Shown: positions 40,148 through 52,527, counted from the whole stretch's first letter. The stretch is 63,940 bases of DNA, filler included, from Octopus bimaculoides (GCF_001194135.2; 8 parts of 7 records of this genome joined end to end with filler, not necessarily neighbours in it); one strand, 5' to 3'. Notes: a model not told the origin generated them from the letters alone. Numbers and translations are program-made.

Positions 40148-40156
40148 AAGATGGCG
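40148..40156 (+). promoter_or_regulatory. YY1-type motif AAGATGGCG
   Basis: Exact match to the core YY1 motif at the edge of a CpG-depleted domain; function unproven, and a 9-mer can occur by chance. Confidence 0.25.
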
Positions 40157-40424
40157 TCCTACTGACAGCAAAAATGTTTTCTCTATATAAGTTGACAATC
40201 GTTGATCATGAAACCGGGACTTATTTAATTTGTAATGATGTAATGATGTAATATGTTCCTAATATCACCATAAATTTTATTATACAAACTTTCTGCCACT
40301 TTTACATTTCTTATCTATATATATATTGTATAAAGGATCGTGTATAAGGCCAAAACAATGCGAAGTAGATGCAAGGTAAATCACAAGAAAACAAAAATGT
40401 GAATTAATGTAGACACACCTTGTA

Positions 40425-40460
40425 TTCAATATTTCGGGGTTGTGACCCCATTTTCAAGAA
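40425..40460 (-). ncRNA. Degenerate hammerhead at the 3' end of a PLE
   Basis: TTC-[TTGAAAA]-T-GGGG-TCACAA-CCCC-[GAAA]-TATT-GAA; two core mismatches; lies just downstream of the GIY-YIG stop. Confidence 0.45.
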
Positions 40461-40499
40461 ATTGACGAATGTTGCCGTCGTGCGTGTGTGTAAATGTGA

Positions 40500-41500
40500 G
40501 CGTATGTGGAGTTGACATGTGCAGAAAGGTGTTTCTATGGCAACCAGCTATCTTCCTGTAACTCTCTTCTATTGTTGATTTTAGGTTTCTTTTGGTGTAT
40601 GAGGATAACTTCAGAGATTCTAAGATTATCCCTGTTCCGCTGTGTTGCCTTGATGTGCACTGTGAATTCCCGGGTTTGGCATTTCCGTAGATGTTTCTTC
40701 ACGGAAGTGTCTGCTTGCATGTGTTCTTTAATGCGTATATGCAGTTTTCTTGTCGTGCTTCCGATGTAGGATGCCACATATAATCTCATATACAACACAG
40801 GCCCTCTGGTACAATTCAGGGTCGTTGATGGAGCAGTTCGACAATGTGCACTCATCAGAGTAGTGAGAGGTGTTGTTCCTGGACAGAGCTTTTCTCAGGG
40901 AAGGACCAGTGTGCACTAGCTGTATGTCGAGTCCTTCCCTGCAGACTGCATGTTGTATCGCTGCAGTAGTTCTGTCGTCAAAGTGCGGTAGTTTTAGGAA
41001 GCACATGTCGGACTGGGGAATACGATGATTCTTCTGGGGTTTATTGACCTTGATGTTCTTTAGGCGCCGTTGTTTAGCTAAAGATGGTGGGTAGCCATTC
41101 AGGGTTAGGTATTTGAGGAACTGTTTGGTGGTGATGGCTTTGCCGGTTACGTTGCTGCAATTGTTGTTTATGCGTGCAATCTTGTTTCTCCCGTATGCGG
41201 CTTTGGCTCTGGTGGGTAAGGCTAATTGGTAGCGGACGAAAAGTTTTCTATTAGCATTTTTTTTATAGAATTTGGTAAATATGGAGCCTTCCTCTGTGAT
41301 CTTGTGTTGAAAGTCGAGAAGAGAGAGGGTTCTGGATTCGTCTGGATGTTCAATCTCGAATATGATATACATGTCGGTGTTATTGAAGGTCCAGTATATG
41401 TTAATGGCCTCATCCATGGAGGGCGTGATGATAAGGATGTCGTCAACGTACTTGGAGAAGTAGATGCATGAGCGGCAGGTGTTGAGTGTTGTGTGTTCTA
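40500..41500 (-). mobile_element. Penelope-like element, 5'-truncated: RT C-terminus plus GIY-YIG endonuclease, frameshifted
   Basis: KYVDDILI...LSLLDF (RT); VYEI and YIGSTTRKLHIRIKEH...KPKINNRRE (GIY-YIG) in ORFs 40728-41585 and 40535-40855. Confidence 0.9.
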
Positions 41501-41599
41501 GCATGGCCGCAGTCAAATGGCTGAAACAAGTAAAAGAGCAAAGAGAGATATATAAATAATCCTCTATCCAGTATCGGGGTCTCATTCTTTTGTTGTTAC

Positions 41600-41651
<52 letters not shown>

Positions 41652-41800
41652 NNNNNNNNNNNNNNNNNNNNNNNNNNNNNNNNNNNNNNNNNNNNNNNNN
41701 NNNNNNNNNNNNNNNNNNNNNNNNNNNNNNNNNNNNNNNNNNNNNNNNNNNNNNNNNNNNNNNNAAAATCAAAATAAACAACAAGGATATCCAGAGGTAA

Positions 41801-41887
41801 TGCAGTACGATCGTTTCATGCAACTCCATTTTATTGACCAATGTAATTATTACATCAATTTAAAATGCAGAGCAATCCTCAGCTGTA
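41801..41887 (-). ncRNA. Type I hammerhead-like motif with long stem II, intact core
   Basis: CAG-[CTGAGGA]-61-nt hairpin-[GAAA]-CGATCGT-A-CTG; palindromic stem III ACGATCGT; GUA triplet. Confidence 0.7.
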
Positions 41888-43692
41888 CAAAGACATAGAA
41901 TTCAGTTAAATTAGAACAGATGGACACATTAGTATAATTATACCTAAAATCTCCAAGAAGTTAAAGAGATAGGCAAAGAACATGTTGCTTCTACTACGAC
42001 ATAGAAGTTAATAAATAAAATGTCAAGAAGTCTCTGTCTGTCACTGATTGTATTTGTTTTTTAGTTTTAATTTAAAGACTAGTTTATCAAACCTTGTATA
42101 TCTAAGGCTTGAGAGAATAAAGGGCATTATCTGTTAGGGGTAGGGGTGAGAGAGCAGACAGAAATCATAGTTGGTATAGTCATAAAATCATGAGGTTTGG
42201 TAATGGAAAACATAAAACAAGTTGTTGGCTGACGACTAAGAGGGGTCGCCCATTAGCAGACAATTGATAATGAAATAGTGGAAGTCTTATCATGTAGTAC
42301 TATAGTTAAATGTTTTAAAACAATGCTGCTATATTGTATACAGATAAAGTTTATGGCTATCCAGAGGGTTACTAAGAAGAATATATTAACAAAAGAATAG
42401 AAATTTATGGATACTTTTGAGTATATACCAAACTTTTACCACAATAGAGCGAGGAAAAGAAATAATTCAGAAATAGTTTAATATTTATACATATTGTACA
42501 CTTAAATACTAACTCACCATAAGGTATCTATGAATATTGATTAATAGGTATATACTGGTATTAATAAAGGAGTATTGAGGTAAAAGAATATTCTAATTAT
42601 ATATTAATAAAATTATATTCTAAGCAGTTTTTCTATATGTAGTGAATATACCAGTATAGTTTTATATAAGCTAAGTATGAATTTATAGAGATACAAAGAT
42701 TAGCTTAATTTATTTATGAATAAATAAGGCTAATTATAAATTAAGAAAAGAAATGAAATAAAATAATCAATTAGGGTAGAATACCATAGAAATAAAATAG
42801 CTTAATTATTAATGCTATGGTAAAGTATATTTAGCTTATTAACACCCATAGAGAAGATTTATAGAAAAAGAATAATAATTAAAAATATATTGGACTAAAA
42901 ATTATATATTTAACTTATTTAGCTTATATCAATAAAAGACTGATGTCTGGCATCAGTTAAAGGAATATTTAAATTAAGGAACATTCAAATTTTACACTGA
43001 TCTTTCTATATATAAACTGAGGGATTATATTATAGGTTTAAGAAGTTATTGTTACTCCTTACATGGTATTTATAGTTTCTTGGTGGTAATTGTTTAAAAG
43101 GGTTATTTATATAAAGGCCTTTATAAAATACTAAGATCAGGAGGGTAGAGTCATTTAAGAAAGAGAAAAATCAAGTAATCTCTAAAGATCATTTAAAACA
43201 ATATTGTCTTCACAAAGCTAAAATTCAGGGTAATCAAGAAGATTATTAAGAATGAAATTTTAACAAAAGGATAAAACTTCTATGAATATTATGAGTATAT
43301 ACCAAAATATTTTTTACCACAATAGAGGAAAAGAAAGTTGCAAAGAAAATAGTTTAATATTTACTTACTTATTACTTATCTAAATATTAATTCCAGTTTC
43401 TTCAATTTTATATGCACACACGACGAATAAACAAACGTAAACTTGGAAGTATGTATAATACTACTACCGGATAATACAGGGTAATTTTGAAGGTGGACGA
43501 GCTTTATGCAGTACTCTACCACGTTTCTAACAGAATGTACCGTAACTATAAGTGTATATATATATGTATATANNNNNNNNNNNNNNNNNNNNNNNNNNNN
43601 NNNNNNNNNNNNNNNNTTAATTAATTAANNNNNNNNNNNNNNNNNNNNNNNNNNNNNNNNNNNNNNNNNNNNGAAAGGATTATTATTATTAA

Positions 43693-43759
<67 letters not shown>

Positions 43760-44420
43760 TAAGTCGGCCAGCTGGCAGAATCATTAGCACGCCAGGCGAA
43801 ATGCTTAGTGGTATTTTGTCTGTCGCTACGTTCTGAGTTCAAATTCCACCGAGGTCGACTTTACCTTTCATCCTTTCGGGGTCGATGAAATAAGTACCAG
43901 TTACGCACTGAGGTTGATGTATCAACTAGTCCCCTTCCCCTCAAAAATTTTCAAGGCCTTGTGCTTAGAGTAGAAATTATTATCATTACTGGCAGAATCG
44001 GCAGAATGACTGGCTAAATGTGTCGTATTATTTTGTTTCCTACCTTTTGGTTATGAGTTCGAATCCTAGGAAGGTCAACCCTGCTCTCATCCTCCAGGGT
44101 AGGGTGTCAATAAAATAAAGTACCGAATAAATAACTAATGAGTTATTCAAATAACTAAATGACTAATGAGTTGTGTTCTTAAGCAAGGCTTTTAAAGGTG
44201 GTGGGCTGGCAGAATGGCTAGCATGCCGGTAGAATGCTTATCACCATTTCGACCGTCTTTACGTTTTGAGTTCAAATTCCATCGAAGTCAACATTGCTTT
44301 TTTTAAATATCCTTTTGGGGTCGATAAAATAAGTACCAGTTGAACATTCGGCTCGATGTAATCGACTGGCCCCCTTCCCCGAAATTGCTGGTCTTGTGCC
44401 AAAATTTGAAACCAATATTA
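43760..44420 (+). mobile_element. Three tandem SINE A copies ending about 25 nt before the aminopeptidase splice acceptor
   Basis: gctggcagaat...gagttc at about 43790, 43990 and 44205; tail ccaaaatttgaaaccaatatt at 44400-44420. Confidence 0.75.
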
Positions 44421-44446
44421 GAAACCATTGTCATCTTATTTTCCAG

Positions 44447-44601
44447 ATATGCTTGCAGTTCCTGATTTTCTAATTGGCGGTATGGAGAACTGGGGCCTTA
44501 TTATATACAAAGAAAGTATGATGCTTACTGATGAATCTTCGTCTTCGTTTGGCGAGAAGCGGTTAGTTACTACTATTGTATGCCATGAAATAGCTCATCA
44601 G
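44447..44601 (+). CDS. M1 aminopeptidase (APN/APA-like) internal exon, 155 nt: DMLAVPDFLIGGMENWGLIIYKE...VCHEIAHQ
   Basis: ttccag acceptor and gtaagc donor; GXMEN and HEXXH motifs; phase 1 to 0; 155 nt matches the conserved exon size recalled for this family. Confidence 0.97.
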
Positions 44602-45144
44602 GTAAGCAAGATCTGCCAAACAGAATTGATGAGTGTGAAATGTTACGAAGTGTTGTGAAACTTTGATATCTGGTCACAGGAGCAGAGACAAATTAAACAA
44701 TTCTATGTAGATATGTTATGTGAATGGATGATGAAAATTGTGAAGCTGCAATGTAGATTGATGATTTGTGCTTATCAATGGTCAGCTGTTGTTGTTATTA
44801 TTTTTTGTTGTTTTTTTTTTTTTGGTTTTTTAATGCTAAGAGATCCCTGATTCATGAAACCAGTGACCAAAGAGAATCCAACGATAACCATGCCAGATTT
44901 TTCAGTTTACATTATTCAATGTGTTCTATTTTAAAAATCATAGAGTGTGAGTTGAGGAAGATTTGACTACTATCTCTTGGAGGTCAAGCGACCATGTGGC
45001 TGTTGTTGCTGTTGTTGTTATTATCCCTATTGAACAGCCGTAATTAGTACTGGTGGCATAAACATATGATAAGGAAGTAACGACAATGTCTGCCTAAAAA
45101 AGAAACGGAATTTTTAAAATTTATCTCTTTATTTGCAACGTAAT

Positions 45145-45560
45145 TACGAGGGGTCGGTGAAAAGGTAAAGCAATAGTTATTTGCATTACTTCTTGACATC
45201 ACCTTTGTATATACGGAGAGAAGTCAAAAAGTAATGCAAATAAAAAATATTACGTTCTGATTCATTCTCGTAGATTTAATTTGAAAATAGTTCCCTCTAC
45301 TTTTGATACAGAGTTCCCAGCGTTTTTGTTTTTTATAGAGTTTTTTTCTTCAGTTTTATAATACCTGGTACATGCTTTCAGTGATGATGCACAGATCTGC
45401 GAACGATTTTTTTTTCTATCATATTTTGGGGAAATCAGTAATCTTTCAGAGTGGATTTCAATTTTGGAAGCAAAAGAAAAAGCAATCCGCAGAGACCAAA
45501 ATCATTTCATGCTTTCTCAAAACGTCACAGACAAGGGGTAACCGTATGAGCAGATACGTC
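45145..45560 (-). mobile_element. Mariner transposase C-terminal relic with TIR-like end
   Basis: tacgaggggtcggtgaaaag terminus; minus-strand KRWELCIKSRGNYF resembles the mariner C-terminus. Confidence 0.55.
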
Positions 45561-47132
45561 GTTTGGGATGAGAAAAGACTTTAATTGATCTTGGCGGGAT
45601 TTGATTTCTGAACATTAAGCGTTGCCATTAAATACCACAAGTTATTTTCTCTAAAAATAATATCAACACTTATAGAGTGCTGAAAATTGCCAGTGTCCAG
45701 AGTAAATTAAGTTTCGTCTGAAGCCTTCACATTTTATTGGAAGAATCTATGTTTTCTTTCACTCATTGGCAAGGCCTTCATAGAATATATAACACATAGA
45801 CAATAAGGAAGGATTCCTGAAACGAAATTTTCTCATCTGCTCTGTACTATAAATTTCTCATCTGCTCTGTATTATAAAACCAGATCTAACTAAATCACAC
45901 TTCTAAATTTTTTAATACTTTTGTAGACATTTAGTGTTGAAACGATTTATGACAATATTTGGTAGAGCTCATGTTATTGTTGTTGTTTATCCTCAGATTT
46001 ATTTAGTGCTAGAGATCGATGTAATTTGAAACCTTATGCCCTAAGCTAGAAACCAAAATATCAGTGATAACGTATAAATATTGCAGGCAGTGTGTAATGC
46101 TACCTGTAGATGTAGGAGGTCATGAATTTATAAATAGATCTACAATGTCCAACTAAGCTGACTTGTGGACTTAGGAAAAATAGCAGAGTAGTGGTTCTGA
46201 GCTGCAAAGGAGAGCAGAGAATGCTTAATCAACGCTGTATAAGAGACGTGTTAAAAAGAAGCTCTTTAAAAATTGTGGGACGCATTAGTAAAGAGACCTG
46301 ATTATGCTGTCTGGTAAAAGAAAATGCTATGGTCAGGACTAGAACATGTCTGACCATTGTTCTGCTGGGTCTGAGATGCTCTAGGCAGAGCAACAACAAC
46401 AGATCTGAATCAACAAAGTGTACTCTATATGGTTACCCGACCTACTTGAAATACCAGCCACACTGCCTTCAAATTATGCCTACTATGTTTTTAAAGGATA
46501 TATCAGAAAATTTAGTCAAGGATGTACAGAAAATGGGATGGTTATCGATGGAACATTTTTGCTCACTTTTGTGTTTATTTCTACATCAGTAATAAAAATC
46601 CCATCAATAACAACGTGTAACAAAATTTTAATTTTTTTTTTTTCTTTTGTCAGTAAGTGTTATTTCCAATTTGCTTCTATCTAGAAATCAAAGTAAATGA
46701 CTACTATTCCCTTCAAACTTTACTTTTGTGACCTGGACATCAATATTTTAAAACTGGTCTATTTTCTATTACATTTCGGACAGATTTAGCGTTGAGTTGC
46801 TGAAGCAGAAATATCGTTATAGCAAATATTCTGCTTAATACCACAAATTTACTTGTCAGGTGCTTGACCTTAACCACTTGGACATGTCCCTTAGTAGCTG
46901 ACAATATGTACATCTCATGAGTATTGGGGGGGGGGGCATCATAGCTATGTGCTGAGAAGGATTCTTTGGGGTTTGAATAAGTAGCAAAAGTAATGTTTGA
47001 AGCAAATATTAGCCATTTTTCATACTTTCTAGCGGTAAGCAAAGAGGAAATAATAGTTGCTACCCAAGGACAAAAATCGTGTTGCACAGTGTTATTTAAA
47101 CAGTAACATTTTTGTCTCTTTATCTATTTCAG

Positions 47133-47246
47133 TGGTTTGGTAATTTGGTCACACTTCAATGGTGGGACGACTTGTGGCTCAATGAAGGTTTCGCCACCTA
47201 TATGGAGATTGTTGGACTTAACTTCGTCAACCCGAAATGGAATATG
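47133..47246 (+). CDS. M1 aminopeptidase exon, 114 nt: [38 protein letters not shown]
   Basis: tttcag acceptor and gtacga donor; completes HEXXH-X18-E in frame with the previous exon. Confidence 0.97.
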
Positions 47247-47986
47247 GTACGAATATTCTTTTAAAAGAAATACACGAACTGCACGCATATGCGCCCGATC
47301 ACCCCTATTCACAAATACACGTGCACATATATGCAAATACCATACACATATGTACAAATACATACGCATATAAATCACATATACACACACATGCACATAT
47401 ACACACATGCTCATATATATGCACATGTACACATATTTAGTTACATAAAAATGCATGCACATGTACACACATACAAGCACATATCATTACTTACAAACGC
47501 ATGTACATATACACACATGTATGCATATATTATATGCACACATTCATACACACATGCATGTATACATAGACAAGCACATATACAGACTTATACACAAGTA
47601 TATGTAGGGACTTATACACACACACACACACACAAGCATACATACACACACAGCAAGATCTCTTAATGAGAAGACAGAGACATTGTCCAAACGTCGCCAC
47701 CTACAGAAGTTCCTTTGAAAATACTTTCCAATTTCAAGATAGGGTCTAAACATCACAACTTAAATCGGATTCAAGAAACTGCCTTTGAGTAATTGCCCTT
47801 GATTTGCCGCCATATACGATTGACAATATCCAATAACAATGGTTTTGCAGGTCGCAAAAAGACCGATCACTTGACTAGAATACGTGAAACTCATAGCGAC
47901 AATGTTGTGAATGTTTTCTAATGCATAGAAACAATATTTCGTGTATCTAGAGCTCTTTTCTGGTGTCTAAACACATAAACGTGTGT

Positions 47987-48028
<42 letters not shown>

Positions 48029-48089
48029 ATATATGCATGCGTATGTGGATGTATGTATATGCACATACATACATACATGCATACATACA

Positions 48090-48550
48090 CGCGCGCGCGC
48101 GACGGGGTTCCTTCAGTTTCAGTCTACCAAATCCATCACAAGGCTTTGGTCGACCAGGAACTCAATAGTAGAAGACACTTACCCAGCGTACCACGCAATG
48201 GGACTGAACTCGAAATCATGTGGTGGGAAGCAAACATCTTAACGACATGGCCACGCCTGCACACACACACACACACACACACACATAAAAAATTGTTAAG
48301 ATATTTTCTTAACATGAAATCCATGTTAGCCTTAATACAAAAATAAAAAATCTTTATCCACCAGTGCAGTATTGAGCACTCATTCTCATTGTTCGATTAC
48401 ATCGACACCAGCACTAATTTTATTTCATCGACCCCGAAAGGATGAAAGGCAAAGTCGACCTCGGCGGAATTTGAATTCAGAACGTAAAGACGGACGAAGT
48501 GCCGCTAAACATTTTGTTCGGCGTGTAAACGATTCTGCCAGCTCACCACC
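48090..48550 (-). mobile_element. SINE B (48090-48260) and SINE A (48390-48550), antisense intronic copies
   Basis: Reverse complements of families described above. Confidence 0.75.
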
Positions 48551-50387
48551 CTATATACATACATAAACACTACCATGTATACATATATACATACATACAT
48601 AACTTTCAAAAAAAGTTTAGTGTATAAGTACATATGCACCTATCTAGACGTACAACTATTTGTATGAATATACATACATGCAACTAAACAGCTCTGCACA
48701 TTCACTGACTCCAAATACTTGCAAACATACATACAACCATACATAACTACCCTCTTGATGTTGGAATTCCGGTGAAATAAATTAGAATCTACGTTAGAAG
48801 CCGCTCTTTCTTTATTGGCAAGGAATCTAGAAATAAATCTTAATAACATATACACATATCAAGTGAGTGAAAATTACAGAAGTCCCATTTATAGATATAA
48901 AACGTTACCACTGGTGGAGTTTCTGATCTTTATTTCTTTGCTGGCGGTGGGAGAGTTAAAATTCTGTTATACTGTTTATTACATAGTAGTATTAGTAAAG
49001 CTGAAAAACACCCTATATGTCATATTTGAACTTAGCCTGAATGTGTTAAATGTCATTAGTGATGTGAAAACTATTTTATATTTATAGACTACGATTTGCA
49101 CTTTTATTTATTCATATGTGTTTATTGCAGGTTAGTTTCTGATGAAAAACGACTTCTGGTTATTTGGCTACTTACATGCTTGCGTGTGTGTGTGNNNNNN
49201 NNNNNNNNNNNNNNNNNNNNNNNNNNNNNNNNNNNNNNNNNNNNNNNNNNNNNNNNNNNNNNNNNNNNNNNNNNNNNNNNNNNNNNNNNNNNNNNNNNNN
49301 NNNNNNNNNNNNNNNNNNNNNNNNNNNNNNNNNNNNNNNNNNNNNNNNNNNNNNNNNNNNNNNNNNNNNNNNNNNNNNNNNNNNNNNNNNNNNNNNNNNN
49401 NNNNNNNNNNNNNNNNNNNNNNNNNNNNNNNNNNNNNNNNNNNNNNNNNNNNNNNNNNNNNNNNNNNNNNNNNNNNNNNNNNNNNNNNNNNNNNNNNNNN
49501 NNNNNNNNNNNNNNNNNNNNNNNNNNNNNNNNNNNNNNNNNNNNNNNNNNNNNNNNNNNNNNNNNNNNNNNNNNNNNNNNNNNNNNNNNNNNNNNNNNNN
49601 NNNNNNNNNNNNNNNNNNNNNNNNNNNNNNNNNNNNNNNNNNNNNNNNNNNNNNNNNNNNNNNNNNNNNNNNNNNNNNNNNNNNNNNNNNNNATATATAT
49701 AAAGGGCTGCTTAAATATTATTAATATAAAAGTTAGTCGTTGAATGAGTGGATTCTTTCTACTTTCTATTTTGGGCTATCCTAAGGTGTAAAATATTTTA
49801 AGCCAGATTTCCTAAATATAGCATAGTACCAAACGTTGTTTCATTCTGTAATAAGCTTGTTTTCCCTGCAGTATTTCTTTTAACATAAAGCAGAAAATAA
49901 ATTCTTTTGCACGAATCGGTGGCGGTGGATAGGGGAGTTCTTTTTTTTAACGCAACGTAGTAAACTCATGGTTATTTTAAAGCTTGACAAGACATTGCAT
50001 TCTGTACTTGGCTAGAACGTCATTGCATTAACCCTTTCACTGCGAAATTAAATTTCTCGGTTATTCCAGTAATGATGTTAAAAATCTATCAAAAAATAAA
50101 ATTGGTATTTTCTGCAAGTCACGTTGCCGCAAAACAATTGACGCATCTCCACAGAAAATAGTTTTTCAAACATGACATTCCTCAGCAAAAGATAGATTGG
50201 TATATAAAATTGCTTTCCGCAGGAAATGGTAATGAAATTTTGAGGGGATATATCTGATTTTCACAGTAAAAGTGCTAATAAACAAACGTATGTGTTTTTT
50301 TTTAAGCCTATCAATTAATGATGTATAAACTTAGAGCAGAATATTTTGAAGCACTCTCAGACTTTGGTGCCAGGGGGTGCTCTAGAA

Positions 50388-50439
50388 TATTCCGGATGAG
50401 CACTAATTTCTAATAATGCGAAAGTGGAGTTTCGAAATA
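50388..50439 (+). ncRNA. Possible intronic hammerhead-like motif (U4G core)
   Basis: TATTC-[CGGATGA]-GCA..TGC-[GAAA]-GTGGAGTTT-C-GAAATA; short stems. Confidence 0.35.
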
Positions 50440-50979
50440 AGTTTATCACTGTAAATCTGAGGATGCACCATTGAATAGTGAGGGGGAAATACCATCCAGT
50501 GAACATGGCTTGGAGTCATTAATGCAAATATTGGAAGAGGAAGCAAAAGATGAGACATGAAAGTTAAATTTGAGCTAAACGGAATTTGAACTCAAAACGC
50601 CTACATAAGTTTCCGAGTCTCATAAAGTTGATGTTTTGCTATATACAAAATTAAATTTCGTTAATCAACAATAAATCTCGTTTCCGTTAGTACACTAGTT
50701 TATCATCAACATCATGTACGTGATATCATAATTACGAGCCACGTCAATACAACTATTTCCCATTAGGATCGTTGTCATTATAAACTTAAATAAAGAAAAT
50801 AATTTTATATTGGTTACCATAGTAACTATCTGTAGATGTTGTCTTAATGAAAGATGTAGGAAAAATTACCAACATTATAATAGAAAGTAGTTCTTTATGA
50901 GAGAATGGCTACTATATCCGACAGGATGGAAACTAAATATTCTAGCCTAAATAATGGCTTCAAATATTCGTACATGGCC

Positions 50980-51370
50980 AAGCAATTTTTAAAGAGTGGA
51001 TGGTCGATTACACAGGTTATCAAACTCGAAAGAATGAAAGCAAAGTTTGACCTGGACGGAATTTGAACTAAAAACGTAAAGGCGGACGAAATGCCGATAA
51101 GCATTTCATTTGGCGTGGTACCAATTCTGGCAGCTCACCGCCTTAAATATGGTTTCAAATTTTAGCACAAGGCCAGAAATTTGTCTCTTTCTCATTTTTT
51201 TTCTTTTTTAGGAAACAGTGTAAGTCGATTACATTGACCCCAGTGCTCAACAGGTACCTATTTTATCGACCACGACAGAATGAAAACGAAGTTGACTTCG
51301 GTCGAATTTCAGAGCAAAAAGCCGGAAAAGATACCGCTAAACATTTTGACAGACGCACTAAGCATTCAGC
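50980..51370 (-). mobile_element. Two antisense SINE A copies
   Basis: gaatgaaag/gcaaag/ggaatttgaact...cagctcaccgcc pattern twice. Confidence 0.7.
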
Positions 51371-51584
51371 TTATTCTAGTCTAAATAATGTCGTCTAAAT
51401 ACAATACTCTAAATAACGTAGGCTAAATGTTATGGTCTGAGTACAATAGACTAATTGCGATGGTCTGATTACTGTAATCAAATGTTCTGCTTTTCCCCCT
51501 CCAGTTCATAAACGTTTCTGGAATTTTCAGAGAGTAATGTTGCCGTTTTGCTTAAATCTATCTTTTTATTCTTCTTTACTACAG

Positions 51585-51716
51585 GATATTGAATTCACTC
51601 GATCAGTCGACAACGCTATGAGAAGTGATGACACAATCAGTTCACATCCGATTTATGTACCGGTTGCTCATCCAGGCGAAATTATGAAGATCTTTGATAT
51701 AATATCATATCTAAAG
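51585..51716 (+). CDS. M1 aminopeptidase exon, 132 nt: DIEFTRSVDNAMRSDDTISSHPIYVPVAHPGEIMKIFDIISYLK
   Basis: Pyrimidine tract plus acag acceptor and gtgaga donor; SHPI and FDxISYxK (catalytic Tyr) motifs; phase 0 to 0. Confidence 0.95.
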
Positions 51717-51789
51717 GTGAGACATTCAAACATAATATTCCTTTCCCTCCAACATCAATTGTCCTTGATATTTCTTTTATAAAAAAGAC

Positions 51790-52140
51790 CATTTAGAACA
51801 CCGCCTTTAGTCGAACAAATCGACCCCAGGACTTATTCTTTGGAAACCTAGTACTTATTCTATCGGTCTCTTTTGCCGAACCGCTAAGTTACGAGGATGT
51901 AAACACACCAGCATCGGTTGTCAAGCGATGGTGGGGGGACAAACAGAGACACACATACATATATATATACATATATACGACGAGCTTCTTTCAGTTTCCG
52001 TCTACCAAATCCACCCACAAGGCTTTGGTCGGCCCGAGGCTATAGTAGAAGACACTTGCCCAAGGTGCCACGCAGTGGGACTGAACCCAGAACCATGTGG
52101 TTGGTAAGCTAGCTACTTACCACACAGCCACTCCTGCGCC
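51790..52140 (-). mobile_element. Well-preserved composite SINE B
   Basis: CpG-retaining copy with head cagccactcctgcgcc and internal microsatellite. Confidence 0.8.
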
Positions 52141-52527
52141 TAAAAATATTCCGCCCAGCGTGACATCATTATAAATTCATCTTAAACGAACCAACGGGGA
52201 ATCTCTAAACCAGGTACAGACAACCTTTTACGAGAAGCAGACCGCATAAAACATGTTTCATCATCACCGTTAGGCGTGCCATTCTGAAATTCAAGCTGAC
52301 CGCAGTTTGCCCATGACTGCTCTAAATGTTGTTGTTTACATACCCGTCTCCGTCTATTGTTTTTTTTTGTAAATTCTCACTATATGTTTATGTGTGTGTG
52401 TGCAGGCGCGCGTTTGAAACTTGTTCATATTGATTTCTGGTCTGCTTCTCGAATATTTCCTCGTTTCCTCGTGTATTCTCTCCAGTGTTCTCCATGCGAT
52501 ATTGTCGAACTAGAGTTTATATTTTAT

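Noticed and set aside
46236-46247. TGTATAAGAGAC, 12 nt of the Tn5 mosaic end
   Set aside because: Flanks do not extend to the 19-bp sequence; compatible with chance.
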